In this document: positions 47,526-57,540 of the stretch, piece by piece
Numbering within the stretch: the stretch's first letter is position 1
Layout: each line of letters opens with the position of its first letter
Assembly: GCA_026004395.1 (NCBI GenBank)
Contig: BPJB01000001.1
Span: forward strand, 969,226-1,033,225
DNA from: Patescibacteria group bacterium
Lineage (GTDB): Bacteria > Patescibacteriota > Microgenomatia > Levybacterales > UBA12049
DNA length: 64,000 nt
Direction: 5' to 3'
Notes under the pieces: generated by a model
Seen by the model: the letters and a program-made list of their open reading frames with translations, nothing else
Told to the model about the DNA's origin: nothing
The model's database searches: none
Position numbers and translations under genes: made by a program

Positions 47526-49282
47526 GATGAAGATTTATTCTTTTTAATTTGAGTTTTATAAATCTCAATTAACTCCTTAACCGTTGTCGCATCCTCAGGT
47601 TTTTTTTCTTTCTCCCTAAAGCGTACAAGACGAGGAAAACGCAGAGCATAACCTATCCCTTTTGCACCATTAGTTATCTCCATTCCTGCAGTATGAATAG
47701 GACTTCGTGTTATCTCATCTGCCAAAACTTCTATAACTATTTGCGGTTTTACCCAAACAGAAGGTGTGATAAGAGAGTTAACCCGAGCCGGTTTATGTGT
47801 AAGCTCTAGACCTTTGGTCATCTCTCTGATAGATCTCCATTCAGCATCTGTCAGCCCTGTGCCAATTTTGGTAACGGTTACAAACATGTCTTTTTCCGAA
47901 TCGTATACACCACAAAGAAGCGCACCGGCACCAAACTCAGCACGTTTGCCTCTACCATAGATATAGCCTAGAATAACACAATCAATAGTATCTTCTAGCT
48001 CACCTGCTGAGTGTCTTTTGAGCTTAACCCAATTAAAATTCCGTCCACCTGCTTCATAGAGAGAGTCTGGCCTTTTGACAACAACTCCCTCCAATCCTTT
48101 GGAAATAGCATCTTCCAACATCAACTGAAGCTCTTCAGGACTGTATAAAATACGCCCAGGAGAAGGTATGAGGATATCATCCTCTTGAACAATCTCCTGC
48201 ATCACTTTTAACCTTTCAACAAGAGGTACGTCAAGAAGTGACTTTCCATCAACATACAAAACATCAAAGACAAATGCTCGAAGTGGTAACTTTTTGGCAA
48301 TTTCTTCAATATTGTGTTTACGCCGCCTTTTTGTCGTCTCTTGAAAAGGAAGAAACTCCTCAGATTCCGGTTGATAAGCAAGAGCCTCTGTATCTAATAT
48401 TGCTTTTTTGGCTTTGATTTGTTTTTTTGTACCTTCTATAAGCTCAGGAAACATATAAGTCATATCTTCCAGATTGCGTGAGTACATACGAATATCATCT
48501 CCATTTTTATGGATTTGAACACGAAAACCATCGTATTTAAACTGAGCATGAACTGATTTGCCCATTTTCTCAAATACTTTTTCAGGTGTGGGAAGCCGTT
48601 CACAAAGCTCTGGTCTTACCGGCCTTCCGATTGTTACTGAGAGTTTTTGGATCATATCCATTCCTCCCTCTAAAAGAGTTTTCCCAATCAAACCCAAATC
48701 TGAAGTTTCATTGTAGGCTTTTTCAAGAAGCTTACGCTTGGATTTATCACCCAGAAATGCCTGCGCAAGACCATCAAGAATTGTTGGATCTCCAATACCC
48801 AAACGCGTATTTCCCAGAGCAATTCGCACCAAGTGCTTCACCGATACTGCATCAAGCAAAGTAACAAGTTCTGCAAACTGTTGAACCTTTTTCTCAACAC
48901 TACCTTCACCAGCAGTCTTTGCAATCTGCAATAAACGATCAAATACATCAATTATAGATAGGTTAGAACCACGTCTAGAATAACTAAGCCTGAGTTCATA
49001 AGCCACCAAACCTAAATCTCCTTTTTGGGCATACTCTTGTAAGATACGCTCACGATCAACTCCGAAAGCCTGATTGAGACTGGTAGCAACCATCTTATCA
49101 GCCATTCCAATCTCAATGGGAGCAAAAAAAGGGGCAACTCTTCCTTGCGTCAAATAAATAACCTTGTCTATTTCGTCTTTACTAAGCTGCGTAAAGAGCT
49201 GAGAGAGAATATCTATAAGTGTTAAACGTGAAGAAGTCTCTTCTAACTGATCAAAATATTTTGCTAATTCAGCAAATTTCAT
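47522..49282 (-). CDS. ATP-dependent DNA ligase
   Basis: Adenylation motif I KYDGFRVQIHK (KxDG), motif III/IV region, motif V EGVVVK, and a C-terminal OB-fold domain. The 586 aa length is typical of archaeal-type Lig. Confidence 0.85.
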   Translation of the reverse strand: MKFAELAKYFDQLEETSSRLTLIDILSQLFTQLSKDEIDKVIYLTQGRVAPFFAPIEIGMADKMVATSLNQAFGVDRERILQEYAQKGDLGLVAYELRLSYSRRGSNLSIIDVFDRLLQIAKTAGEGSVEKKVQQFAELVTLLDAVSVKHLVRIALGNTRLGIGDPTILDGLAQAFLGDKSKRKLLEKAYNETSDLGLIGKTLLEGGMDMIQKLSVTIGRPVRPELCERLPTPEKVFEKMGKSVHAQFKYDGFRVQIHKNGDDIRMYSRNLEDMTYMFPELIEGTKKQIKAKKAILDTEALAYQPESEEFLPFQETTKRRRKHNIEEIAKKLPLRAFVFDVLYVDGKSLLDVPLVERLKVMQEIVQEDDILIPSPGRILYSPEELQLMLEDAISKGLEGVVVKRPDSLYEAGGRNFNWVKLKRHSAGELEDTIDCVILGYIYGRGKRAEFGAGALLCGVYDSEKDMFVTVTKIGTGLTDAEWRSIREMTKGLELTHKPARVNSLITPSVWVKPQIVIEVLADEITRSPIHTAGMEITNGAKGIGYALRFPRLVRFREKEKKPEDATTVKELIEIYKTQIKKNKSSS

Positions 49283-49618
49283 GTTATAAAATTATTGTAG
49301 CATACCCTTAGAGAAGCTATACTTAATCATGATTGAGAGTATTAATCAACAGCAAATGCGGCAACAATCCTATCATTTATTGCAAACTCATGGATGCATA
49401 TTGTAAAAAGATTAAATCTCAAAAGCCCACTTCAAAAATCTTAGAACCATTAGAAGTCATATCCTTTCAGCAGATACCCAACATTCTCAGATGTTTTCTC
49501 CAACTTAAAGGGGTAAAAACTCAAAATTTCAGCAGGATAGAGAAAAGCGAAACTATAATAAATGAGAATAAGAAAGATCATAAAATCAAAGTTATATTTT
49601 CATTGAGAAAAAATCAGA

Positions 49619-50671
49619 CTAGACCATAACGTATTTTGCGGCTTTGGTTTTACCAATTTTTTTTATGATTCCGGATTGGATAAGACTTTTTAATTCATTA
49701 AGAACAGTATCTTCAGATACAAAAGGAAAAAGTTGCTTAAATGCGCTATTTTGTAAAAAACCAGTTGACTGAATGTATTCTATAATCTTCAGTTGCCTTT
49801 CATTCAAAAGTACTGGAGATCCTCCTAATTTTTCTTTGAGTTTTAAATCTACTGAGATTTTTTCTACTTTTTCTTTGATTTTCGTCAACTCAACTGCAAG
49901 AGCTTCTGTATAAAACTCCAGCCACTCAGTTAGATCTCCATCCTTTTGGGAAACACTCTGTAATGCTTTATAATACTCTGATGCATGTTGGTCAAAGTAT
50001 TCCTCAAGAGAAAAGAATTTGCGAATATCATATCCTTCTTGATAAAGAATAAGAGTTGACAGACATCTTCCCACGCGTCCGTTTCCATCCACAAAAGGAT
50101 GGATTCTAACAAATTCATAATGGACTATACCTGATTTTAATACCGGATGTAGATCATTATTAGATACTTGATTGATAAACAAACACAGCTCTTGTATCTG
50201 CTGAGGTACACTGTCTGCCTCCGGTGGTCTAAAGGAAACTTCTCCTGTAAAATTATTGCGGATAACAACTTGTGTTTTACGAAATACACCTATCTTATCT
50301 GGATCCAATGTCCTGTCAACGGTTATAGAATGCAGTTTACAAATAAGATCTTCGTCAATTTTCTCTTTTTGCGACCCTGTATGCAAGCTATTAATAAAAT
50401 CCATTGCTTTTCTATAGTTAATCACCTCTTGAACATCACGTGGACGCGCTACCACACTCTCTCCTGAAAGTACTCGCTCTACTTGAGAAAAATTCAGCTC
50501 ATTTCCTTCAAGGTGAGTACCAAAATGAGCTGCTCTTACCAGCGCATCGTCTCTGAATTTTTTTTCATAATAGGGAAGCAGTGGAGCATGATCAATAAAC
50601 AACTTACATGCCTCGATAATGCCAATATATTTAAGAATTGTATTAGTAATCGTGTATTTCGGAGTATACAT
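49619..50671 (-). CDS. Fic-family protein with C-terminal winged-helix domain
   Basis: Catalytic Fic motif HPFVDGNGRVGR. The N-terminal FGTHLEGN resembles the autoinhibitory (S/T)xxxE(G/N) helix, with Gly at the S/T position. Confidence 0.85.
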   Translation of the reverse strand: MYTPKYTITNTILKYIGIIEACKLFIDHAPLLPYYEKKFRDDALVRAAHFGTHLEGNELNFSQVERVLSGESVVARPRDVQEVINYRKAMDFINSLHTGSQKEKIDEDLICKLHSITVDRTLDPDKIGVFRKTQVVIRNNFTGEVSFRPPEADSVPQQIQELCLFINQVSNNDLHPVLKSGIVHYEFVRIHPFVDGNGRVGRCLSTLILYQEGYDIRKFFSLEEYFDQHASEYYKALQSVSQKDGDLTEWLEFYTEALAVELTKIKEKVEKISVDLKLKEKLGGSPVLLNERQLKIIEYIQSTGFLQNSAFKQLFPFVSEDTVLNELKSLIQSGIIKKIGKTKAAKYVMV

Positions 50672-50743
50672 GCTCGGTTTTTAATTCTTGCATAATTCCC
50701 GAAAAAAGGCAATTGCTATCCTCTATTATGCTATAATAATTTT

Positions 50744-51013
50744 ATGGCAAAGAAAAAAGAGGATAAAAAATTACATGTTGAAATCGTCAGACAAATGGTG
50801 ACACTTTCAACATCAGGTTTTGGTCTGGTAGCTGCTCTTGCTTGGAACAATGTAATACGCGAGTTTATAGATAAATATATCAATCGCTGGCTCCCCCAAG
50901 GAGGAAGTCTCATATCGCTTTTTATCTACGCTGTAGTAATTACTGTTTTAGCTGTTTTTGTCACCTACCAACTCTCCAAATTGCTTGGTAGACTCACAAG
51001 AGAAGAAAGATAA
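50744..51013 (+). CDS. small two-TM membrane protein, hypothetical
   Basis: 89 aa with two TM helices and Lys/Arg-rich termini. Confidence 0.4.
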   Translation: MAKKKEDKKLHVEIVRQMVTLSTSGFGLVAALAWNNVIREFIDKYINRWLPQGGSLISLFIYAVVITVLAVFVTYQLSKLLGRLTREER

Positions 51014-51434
51014 GATCTAGAATAATGTATCTATTCCCCGGTCATAGTTAATTTGAATCATCTGAGAAGATAACATCTCGCATCATCTTTCTTTAGACGC
51101 TTCAAAAATATGGATTTTCTCCATTTATCTTAAATCACAAATGATTAATACTAAAGCATAAACGATATTTACAATATTGCAATTATTAGTAGTTAGTATT
51201 CAAAAATGCTCTTGCAATCTCTGAATTAATAGCTCTTAACGGTATAATCCAGGTAACCATATTGCTTTCTTTGTCTATCACTCGCTCGCTATAAACTAGA
51301 ATCTATAAGTTGTATATCTTTGCATATACATTCTGAACACTCTACACTTCCTATACTGTACTACTGTACAATGTTCTCTAAACTTCACATAACAGATATT
51401 GAATGAGAACATTTTTTGACATACCATTATTAAA

Positions 51435-53075
51435 ATGATGAAAAAATATTCTAGCATCTTACCTTTAATTTTCGCCTCTATAATTTTTATCTTTCTTCAA
51501 TCATTAGTGTTTAATAAGGAATTGTATTTTCGAGATGAAGGATTTCTAATGAATAATGCAGTTCGCATTTTAAATGGAGAAATTCCTTATAGAGATTTTT
51601 TTCTTACAACTACACCTGGAACGTATTATCTTCAAAGTTTGATTTTTAAATTTTTAGGCGTCCATATTATCTTAGGAAGACTTTTATATATTTTTTGCGT
51701 GATTGCTCTGCTGATAATTATGAATTTTTTATTAAATAATATAAATGTAATTTACAAAACATTTATCCTGTTATTAACTGCCTGTGTATTCGTAGAAAAA
51801 GGAGCTTTTGCTTTTTATAATATTGAAGGATTAATTCTACTGTTATTAGCAATTTCTGTTTATATTTATACTTGGCAAAATAAGAATTTTTCAAAAAAAA
51901 GAATCTTTTTAGTTGGTACAATTATAGGCTTATTAATTATTTTCAAACAAAGTTACGGTATATATGCTGTTGGTGCATTTACGAGTTTATTTTTTATATA
52001 TAATCATAAAAATTATAAATATGCTTTTAAACAACTCACATTCTTTCTTTGCGGTTTATTAGTAATACTTACACCTTTTGTAGGGTACTACATCTGGAAT
52101 AAAGCATTTTCGCAGTTTATATATTTCACTTTTGTTTTTGCACAGGAAGTTAAATGGCATAGGTCTGCGTTTATTTTAACCAGTTTATTATTTATTCCTT
52201 TATTTCTTATCGTTTTGCATATCATAAAAAGAATGCCCATCAAAAAAGCCTTTGTTGTTTTCGGAATATTTCTTCTGGGATTCTTTTTATTATATCTTGC
52301 AATTTCCCCCGATCGTTTAGGAAGAATTTTAACATATATAAAAGATCCCTTAATTTATTATTATGGATTTCTATTAACTTTTCCTCTTTTGTTAATTGCA
52401 TATTTTGCTAACCAAAATAACAAAATAGTTCCTTACTCTGTTTTTCTGCTATCTCTTTTTCTTGCCAGTGCATCCTCTGGAAGAGATTATGCTACTGTGA
52501 TTATGGTGTTCCCATTAGTAATTTTACTTTGTCTTGAATTAATAAGGATCACAGGTAGAAAATATCTTGTTTTAGTAATTATTGTTTACTCACTTATTCC
52601 TTATATATTCTTTGGACAACTTTTAAAAAGTTTATCTAGTCTAATGACTTATAAACAACTGCAGTTATTACAATTTGAGGGTATCTATCTTCCGCCGAAA
52701 ACAGCAGACGAAATTTTATCCATTGTAAAATTTGTTCAAAAAAAAACTAATCAGAATGATACAATACTTTGTTTTCCTTATTGTCCACTTTTTAATGTTT
52801 TAACACAGAGAAAAAGCGGATCCTATTTTAGTTTTTTTTATCCTGAAACTATAAGAGCCAAAGATCAAAAAAGAGTAATTGATGATCTTAAAAAGAATCA
52901 AACAAAAATTATTATTCTACAAAAACCAGGAGAAATAGAGAAAGAAGCATTGTATGAAAATAACAGATTATCACTGTTAAGAAACTATTTTCTCTCGAAT
53001 TATAATCCTGTTTTTTCATCACAAAATTTCGTTATATATCAAATAAATAATTCAAATAAAAAATTATCGCCATAA
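51435..53075 (+). CDS. GT-C glycosyltransferase, ArnT/PMT (GT39/GT83)-like
   Basis: About 12 TM helices with a first-loop FRDEGFLMNNAVRIL (the DE motif typical of ArnT/PMT-type GT-C enzymes), and a C-terminal soluble domain. Confidence 0.55.
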   Translation: MMKKYSSILPLIFASIIFIFLQSLVFNKELYFRDEGFLMNNAVRILNGEIPYRDFFLTTTPGTYYLQSLIFKFLGVHIILGRLLYIFCVIALLIIMNFLLNNINVIYKTFILLLTACVFVEKGAFAFYNIEGLILLLLAISVYIYTWQNKNFSKKRIFLVGTIIGLLIIFKQSYGIYAVGAFTSLFFIYNHKNYKYAFKQLTFFLCGLLVILTPFVGYYIWNKAFSQFIYFTFVFAQEVKWHRSAFILTSLLFIPLFLIVLHIIKRMPIKKAFVVFGIFLLGFFLLYLAISPDRLGRILTYIKDPLIYYYGFLLTFPLLLIAYFANQNNKIVPYSVFLLSLFLASASSGRDYATVIMVFPLVILLCLELIRITGRKYLVLVIIVYSLIPYIFFGQLLKSLSSLMTYKQLQLLQFEGIYLPPKTADEILSIVKFVQKKTNQNDTILCFPYCPLFNVLTQRKSGSYFSFFYPETIRAKDQKRVIDDLKKNQTKIIILQKPGEIEKEALYENNRLSLLRNYFLSNYNPVFSSQNFVIYQINNSNKKLSP

Positions 53076-53222
53076 GATTAACTCTATTCATTATCTTTAT
53101 AAAGAATTTTCATTAACTTAAATACAACATGATCCATCCTATGATAATAAAAGTATCCACGAGATCTTTATCTACTTCAGCCTCTTGACATTTATTAGCC
53201 TTTCAATGTATAACCAGCTAGC

Positions 53223-53642
53223 ATGTCTTCACCTGAACAAATACAAAAATCGCAAGTTATGACAAAAAGAGAAATCACTTCTCAAAATGATAATTCAGAT
53301 TCTTCTTTATCACGAAGAGAATTTGGGAAAAAAATATTGCAAACAACACAGAAAGTTTTTTCTAAAATGAATGGAAATGAGCTGATCGTAGGAGGAGGAG
53401 AGATTATTGCAGGAAGTTTTTTCTTCTTAGGATTATCCGAGAGAACAAAGCGCGAAAAAGATAAAAAATTCTTTCAGAATGCTGGAACAGGAGGACTTGC
53501 AACTGGTTTTACTGTATTTGAAGCTGGCATGGCGATTCGCAGTGTGAAAAAAAGAACAGCTCATACTCCCTCCAATGAACCAATTCCGACATTACTTCAG
53601 ATGGAAACAACACGTCTTCCCTGGAGAAAGCACAGTCAATAA
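53223..53642 (+). CDS. hypothetical protein
   Basis: 139 aa with an SRREFGKKIL segment and a hydrophobic patch. No family recognised. Confidence 0.35.
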   Translation: MSSPEQIQKSQVMTKREITSQNDNSDSSLSRREFGKKILQTTQKVFSKMNGNELIVGGGEIIAGSFFFLGLSERTKREKDKKFFQNAGTGGLATGFTVFEAGMAIRSVKKRTAHTPSNEPIPTLLQMETTRLPWRKHSQ

Positions 53643-53842
53643 AAAATTCTCAATTGTAAAAACATTTCTCCAAAAAAATCAATAAAAGTTACTCTAGTAT
53701 ACGTACTTAAATATAATTCCTAAAATGACATTTATATGCTTCTTTAGTTAAGAAGTGAAGCACTGTTTAGGATTATATACACTCCAATCTTCACACTCAT
53801 ATTGCAAACAGAATGCAGGTTAAACTTTTTCACCCTCACAGC

Positions 53843-54922
53843 TTACTTCTTACTCAACTCTATCACACTAAACTTTTGCAGATAATCGTTAACAAATTCT
53901 TTATGTGTTGTTGTGAGAATTGTTTGTTGTCTGTCAATTATTTTCATAATCAAATTAATATGCTGATCATCAAGTTCTGAAAAAATATCATCCAATAAAA
54001 GAAGCGGTCGCTTTCCCAGCGATTGTTCTATATAGGAAAGTTGCAGAAGTTTGAGCTGCAAAACAACTAAACGCTGCTGCCCTCGTGACCCAAAATATCT
54101 AACATCCGCCCCTTCCTCAAGTTCTACATAAAAATCATCTCTATGTGGGCCAACTAGTGTCACTCCAGCTGCTATCTCAGCGCCATAGTACTGCTGCAAC
54201 CGCTCTTTTGAGATCTGGCTATGATCATACTTTACCTGAAAATGAATTATCTCTTTTTGTTGATTGTTAAAATACTCAATAAGTTCCGATCTCTTCTTGC
54301 TAAGGTAGTCACCATTAGTAATCAGAATCTCATCCCAATACACAAACTGCTGATCATTACGCACTCCTGTCTCTTTAACCAAATCCAAAAGAGCATTGCG
54401 CCTTTTCAGAGCTTTTTCATACAAAATCTTTGCTTGTCGGTACTGTTTATCAACAAGCTCAAGAACGCTATCCAGAAAATCACGTCTATAAGAGGGAGAA
54501 CTGATAATAATATTTAAATCCGCAGGAATAAAAAGCAGAGTTGGGAGAAAACCTGCAAAATCAATCTGCCTTTTGGGAACACCGTTAATCAAAAACTTTT
54601 TAGCATGGGTACGTACAGTGGGAGATGGGGCGGTTAGAATAACTTCTAAAATATCTTTTTTTTCATCTTCTTCTATCTCTCCTCTAACCCGAGCAAATGC
54701 AGATCCAAAGGAGATCATTTGCATATCTTTTTCTGCTCTAAAACTTTTTCCACTAGAAAGAAGATAAATTGCCTCAAGAAGATTGCTCTTGCCTGCAGTA
54801 TTAGGACCTATAATCACTGTTGCTAAGGGGCTAAAATCAAACTCTGCTTGTTGGTAGCTTCTGAAGTTTTGAAGAGAGATGGATTTGAGAATCATTGTTA
54901 CCAACTTTATCCTATCACGCAA
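53843..54922 (-). CDS. recF: DNA replication and repair protein RecF
   Basis: Walker A GPNTAGKSNLLEAI, an SMC-like signature region, Walker B LLLDDIFSELD, and a 359 aa length. Confidence 0.85.
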   Translation of the reverse strand: MRDRIKLVTMILKSISLQNFRSYQQAEFDFSPLATVIIGPNTAGKSNLLEAIYLLSSGKSFRAEKDMQMISFGSAFARVRGEIEEDEKKDILEVILTAPSPTVRTHAKKFLINGVPKRQIDFAGFLPTLLFIPADLNIIISSPSYRRDFLDSVLELVDKQYRQAKILYEKALKRRNALLDLVKETGVRNDQQFVYWDEILITNGDYLSKKRSELIEYFNNQQKEIIHFQVKYDHSQISKERLQQYYGAEIAAGVTLVGPHRDDFYVELEEGADVRYFGSRGQQRLVVLQLKLLQLSYIEQSLGKRPLLLLDDIFSELDDQHINLIMKIIDRQQTILTTTHKEFVNDYLQKFSVIELSKK

Positions 54923-54980
54923 ACATCTCCTCTGAAATAAAAGAGAATATGTTTGGCATTACTGCAAGCATTTTAACAAG

Positions 54981-55703
54981 CTATTCTATCACTGTTCCTA
55001 TAAAGGGCTTTCCTAAGAGGTAATTCTCAAGATTTGCAAAATCCTCTCCATGAAGAACAACAACTTTTACTCCCAACTCCTCCGCTTTCTTAGCTGCAAT
55101 AGGATCAAAAGGTGCATTAAGCCCTGGTTGCCACTCATCTCCCACTATCTTGCGAAACTTAGCCCAAGATATTTTTTCAATAGGTTTTGCGTCAGAAAAC
55201 TTTCTGGGATCTTTATCATATACCTGCGAAATATTACTTAGATTGATTACAGATCGAACATCATAATCCTCACAAATAAGCAGAGCGCAGTAATCAGTAG
55301 ACCAACCCGGCTTCCAACCAGCAGCAACAACTACAGGCTCTTGTACTTTGCGAATGATCTCATAATGTTTGAGGATATAAGGATGGGCAACATCACGAAA
55401 AATTGTTCTAATCAAATGCGCATTGAGCTTTGTAGCATGAATACCCAAATAATCAAGATCATCACGTGTGAGCTCATGTCCAACCACCTCTCGTCCAGCA
55501 TCACGGTAATGCCTAGCAATTGCTCCTCCTCCAGCGACCAAAAAAAACTGGCGGTTGGGATTTTGCGCCAGTTGTGAACGGATAAATTCATTAAGCTTAG
55601 TAAGGAACTTGGTATTGACCTTATCAGGAACAATAAGCGATCCTCCAACGGAGATGACAATTTTTTCTTTATAGGTAGTCGTCATTGCCGTAAAAAATAG
55701 CAC
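54981..55703 (-). CDS. amino-acid-kinase-family protein, archaeal-type UMP kinase (PyrH)-like
   Basis: KIVISVGGSLIVPD N-terminal glycine loop, VAGGGAIARHY, and VVVLHGEDFANL...GTVIE. Domain order and length (240 aa) match archaeal/short PyrH. Confidence 0.55.
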   Translation of the reverse strand: MLFFTAMTTTYKEKIVISVGGSLIVPDKVNTKFLTKLNEFIRSQLAQNPNRQFFLVAGGGAIARHYRDAGREVVGHELTRDDLDYLGIHATKLNAHLIRTIFRDVAHPYILKHYEIIRKVQEPVVVAAGWKPGWSTDYCALLICEDYDVRSVINLSNISQVYDKDPRKFSDAKPIEKISWAKFRKIVGDEWQPGLNAPFDPIAAKKAEELGVKVVVLHGEDFANLENYLLGKPFIGTVIE

Positions 55704-55811
55704 CTGGAATTTCCTCAGTGCCTACTATGTATCCTATATCCTAGCACACAGAATATTTTTCTGCAATAAGAATTTGTAAAAAGATGTTTTGCTGTCTATA
55801 CTACGGTCAAC

Positions 55812-56495
55812 ATGTCACACTTTTCAGATTTTGATGAATATCTAAGTGGACAAGACAAAGAAAAAGCATACCAAAAATCTCAGTACAGACTGTTGATCCA
55901 ACAAAGTCGAGCAGCTTTGGATCCTTTTCTGCGTACTCTCTTTACACTTTTTAAAGAATATAACGAAACTATTCTCCAACCTCGTAAAGAACACTTTGTT
56001 ATCTTAAAGAAACAGGAAGTAATCCCTGAAAGTTACCCACAAAAGGAGGAGCGGCATCTTTATTTTCTTTATCGGGTGAATGTTCTACCGCGAATCCTAT
56101 TTGCACAACAATTCAATCCTCTTTATGCTATGAATGAGGACTACATAACACCAAACAAAATTACTAAAAATGATTGGTATTTGAAAGTAGCTTTACAGTT
56201 TGACACACTGCTTTCTGATATCTGGAATGAGAAACAAAATTCATTTGCTGGTATCCTTCTTCCTACAGTGCGCCTGCGCGCTTGGGGAGTAGTAGATGAA
56301 CAAAAAACAGCGCTTCTCTCCTCTCGCTTTTGTTTATCGGTGGAAACAGCGTGGAGAAAAACATACACCACACTCTCACTGGATATAATCAATCCTTTAG
56401 AAAGCGACTGGGAACAAGAAGTAAAAGAGCTTTTTATGCTTATCACACCATTGGTTTTTTCTCACACGCAAGAGGTTTATGGACTGGATATCTGA
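55812..56495 (+). CDS. hypothetical protein
   Basis: 227 aa soluble ORF with no recognisable motif. Confidence 0.4.
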   Translation: MSHFSDFDEYLSGQDKEKAYQKSQYRLLIQQSRAALDPFLRTLFTLFKEYNETILQPRKEHFVILKKQEVIPESYPQKEERHLYFLYRVNVLPRILFAQQFNPLYAMNEDYITPNKITKNDWYLKVALQFDTLLSDIWNEKQNSFAGILLPTVRLRAWGVVDEQKTALLSSRFCLSVETAWRKTYTTLSLDIINPLESDWEQEVKELFMLITPLVFSHTQEVYGLDI

Positions 56496-56592
56496 TTTAA
56501 GAATCTTCAAATAAAATATATTTGTTGATGGAAATTACCATCAACAAACTGGCGCACACTTGCCTTAACAACCAATTTTTCCTATCGTCTTC

Positions 56593-57462
56593 TTAATTTT
56601 GACAAAAAGGACAAAAGAAAGTACTTCTGCCTCCTTGTTTAATTCTATTTATAAGATTTCCGCATCTGCTACATGGCTTACCTTCTTTACCGTAAACTTT
56701 AAAAACATGTTGATAATTACCTGTTTGACCCAGAACATTAACATACTGCCTATCAGATGCTCCACCTAATCTAATTCCCTCATGAAGGACTTTTTTGATC
56801 GCTTCGAAAAGACGCTCCTTTTCCTTTTTGCTAAGAGAACAGGCACTGCGTCGGGGATCAATTTGCGCTACAAAAAGTGCATCATTAGCATAAATATTGC
56901 CTATCCCAGCAATTTTTTTTTGGTCCATGAGAAGAACTTTAATTGGTTTTTTTGTAGTATTCAAAATCTCACTAAAGCTCTTAGGTGTAAGATATTTTTT
57001 CCCTTGTTGAATGCTTCTTTTTAGAAGAGGTGGCTCAAGTCCAAGATCTCTAAAAAATTGCATATTGGCAACTTCCTTTGTTTTGACTAACTTCATCCAT
57101 CCAAATTGACGAATATCATTGTAGTAAAGGCTGGAACCATCTCTAAATCTAATAATAATGTGCGTAAAAGGTCCAGGAAGACAGCCTATTTTTTGCGAAG
57201 CATATCTTTCATCTAGCTCCTCTCCTCTGAAGATAAGCTGACCGGTCATCTTAACATGGATAGCCAGACTATAATCATTGGAAAAATCAATTACCAATCC
57301 TTTACCAAACCGCCTCACATCAGCGACTTTGGCACCAGATAAAAGATCTGGTTCTCCCAAAAACAGTTTGGGAAGATTAAGTACAATGGTATCAACTGTT
57401 CTTCCAATAATATATTTTTGCAACCCTCTTTTAATTGTCTCAACCTCTGGTAACTCTGGCAT
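56593..57462 (-). CDS. mutM: formamidopyrimidine-DNA glycosylase (Fpg/MutM)
   Basis: N-terminal MPELPEVETIKRGL with catalytic Pro2/Glu3, an H2TH region, and a C-terminal zinc finger CSRCGNLINRIKQGGRSTFFCPFCQ. Confidence 0.9.
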   Translation of the reverse strand: MPELPEVETIKRGLQKYIIGRTVDTIVLNLPKLFLGEPDLLSGAKVADVRRFGKGLVIDFSNDYSLAIHVKMTGQLIFRGEELDERYASQKIGCLPGPFTHIIIRFRDGSSLYYNDIRQFGWMKLVKTKEVANMQFFRDLGLEPPLLKRSIQQGKKYLTPKSFSEILNTTKKPIKVLLMDQKKIAGIGNIYANDALFVAQIDPRRSACSLSKKEKERLFEAIKKVLHEGIRLGGASDRQYVNVLGQTGNYQHVFKVYGKEGKPCSRCGNLINRIKQGGRSTFFCPFCQN

Positions 57463-57540
57463 GGTGCAATTGTAACATAGTGTTTGTTGATTAGAAAAAA
57501 ATTTAAAAAAAGCGCTAGGATCAATGATTTACTTACTAAT

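Noticed and set aside
49333-49629. 98 aa ORF 49333..49629 as a possible Fic antitoxin
   Set aside because: It is on the opposite strand and convergent with fic, with no (S/T)xxxE(G/N) motif and a Lys-rich low-complexity product. It does not match class I Fic antitoxin architecture.
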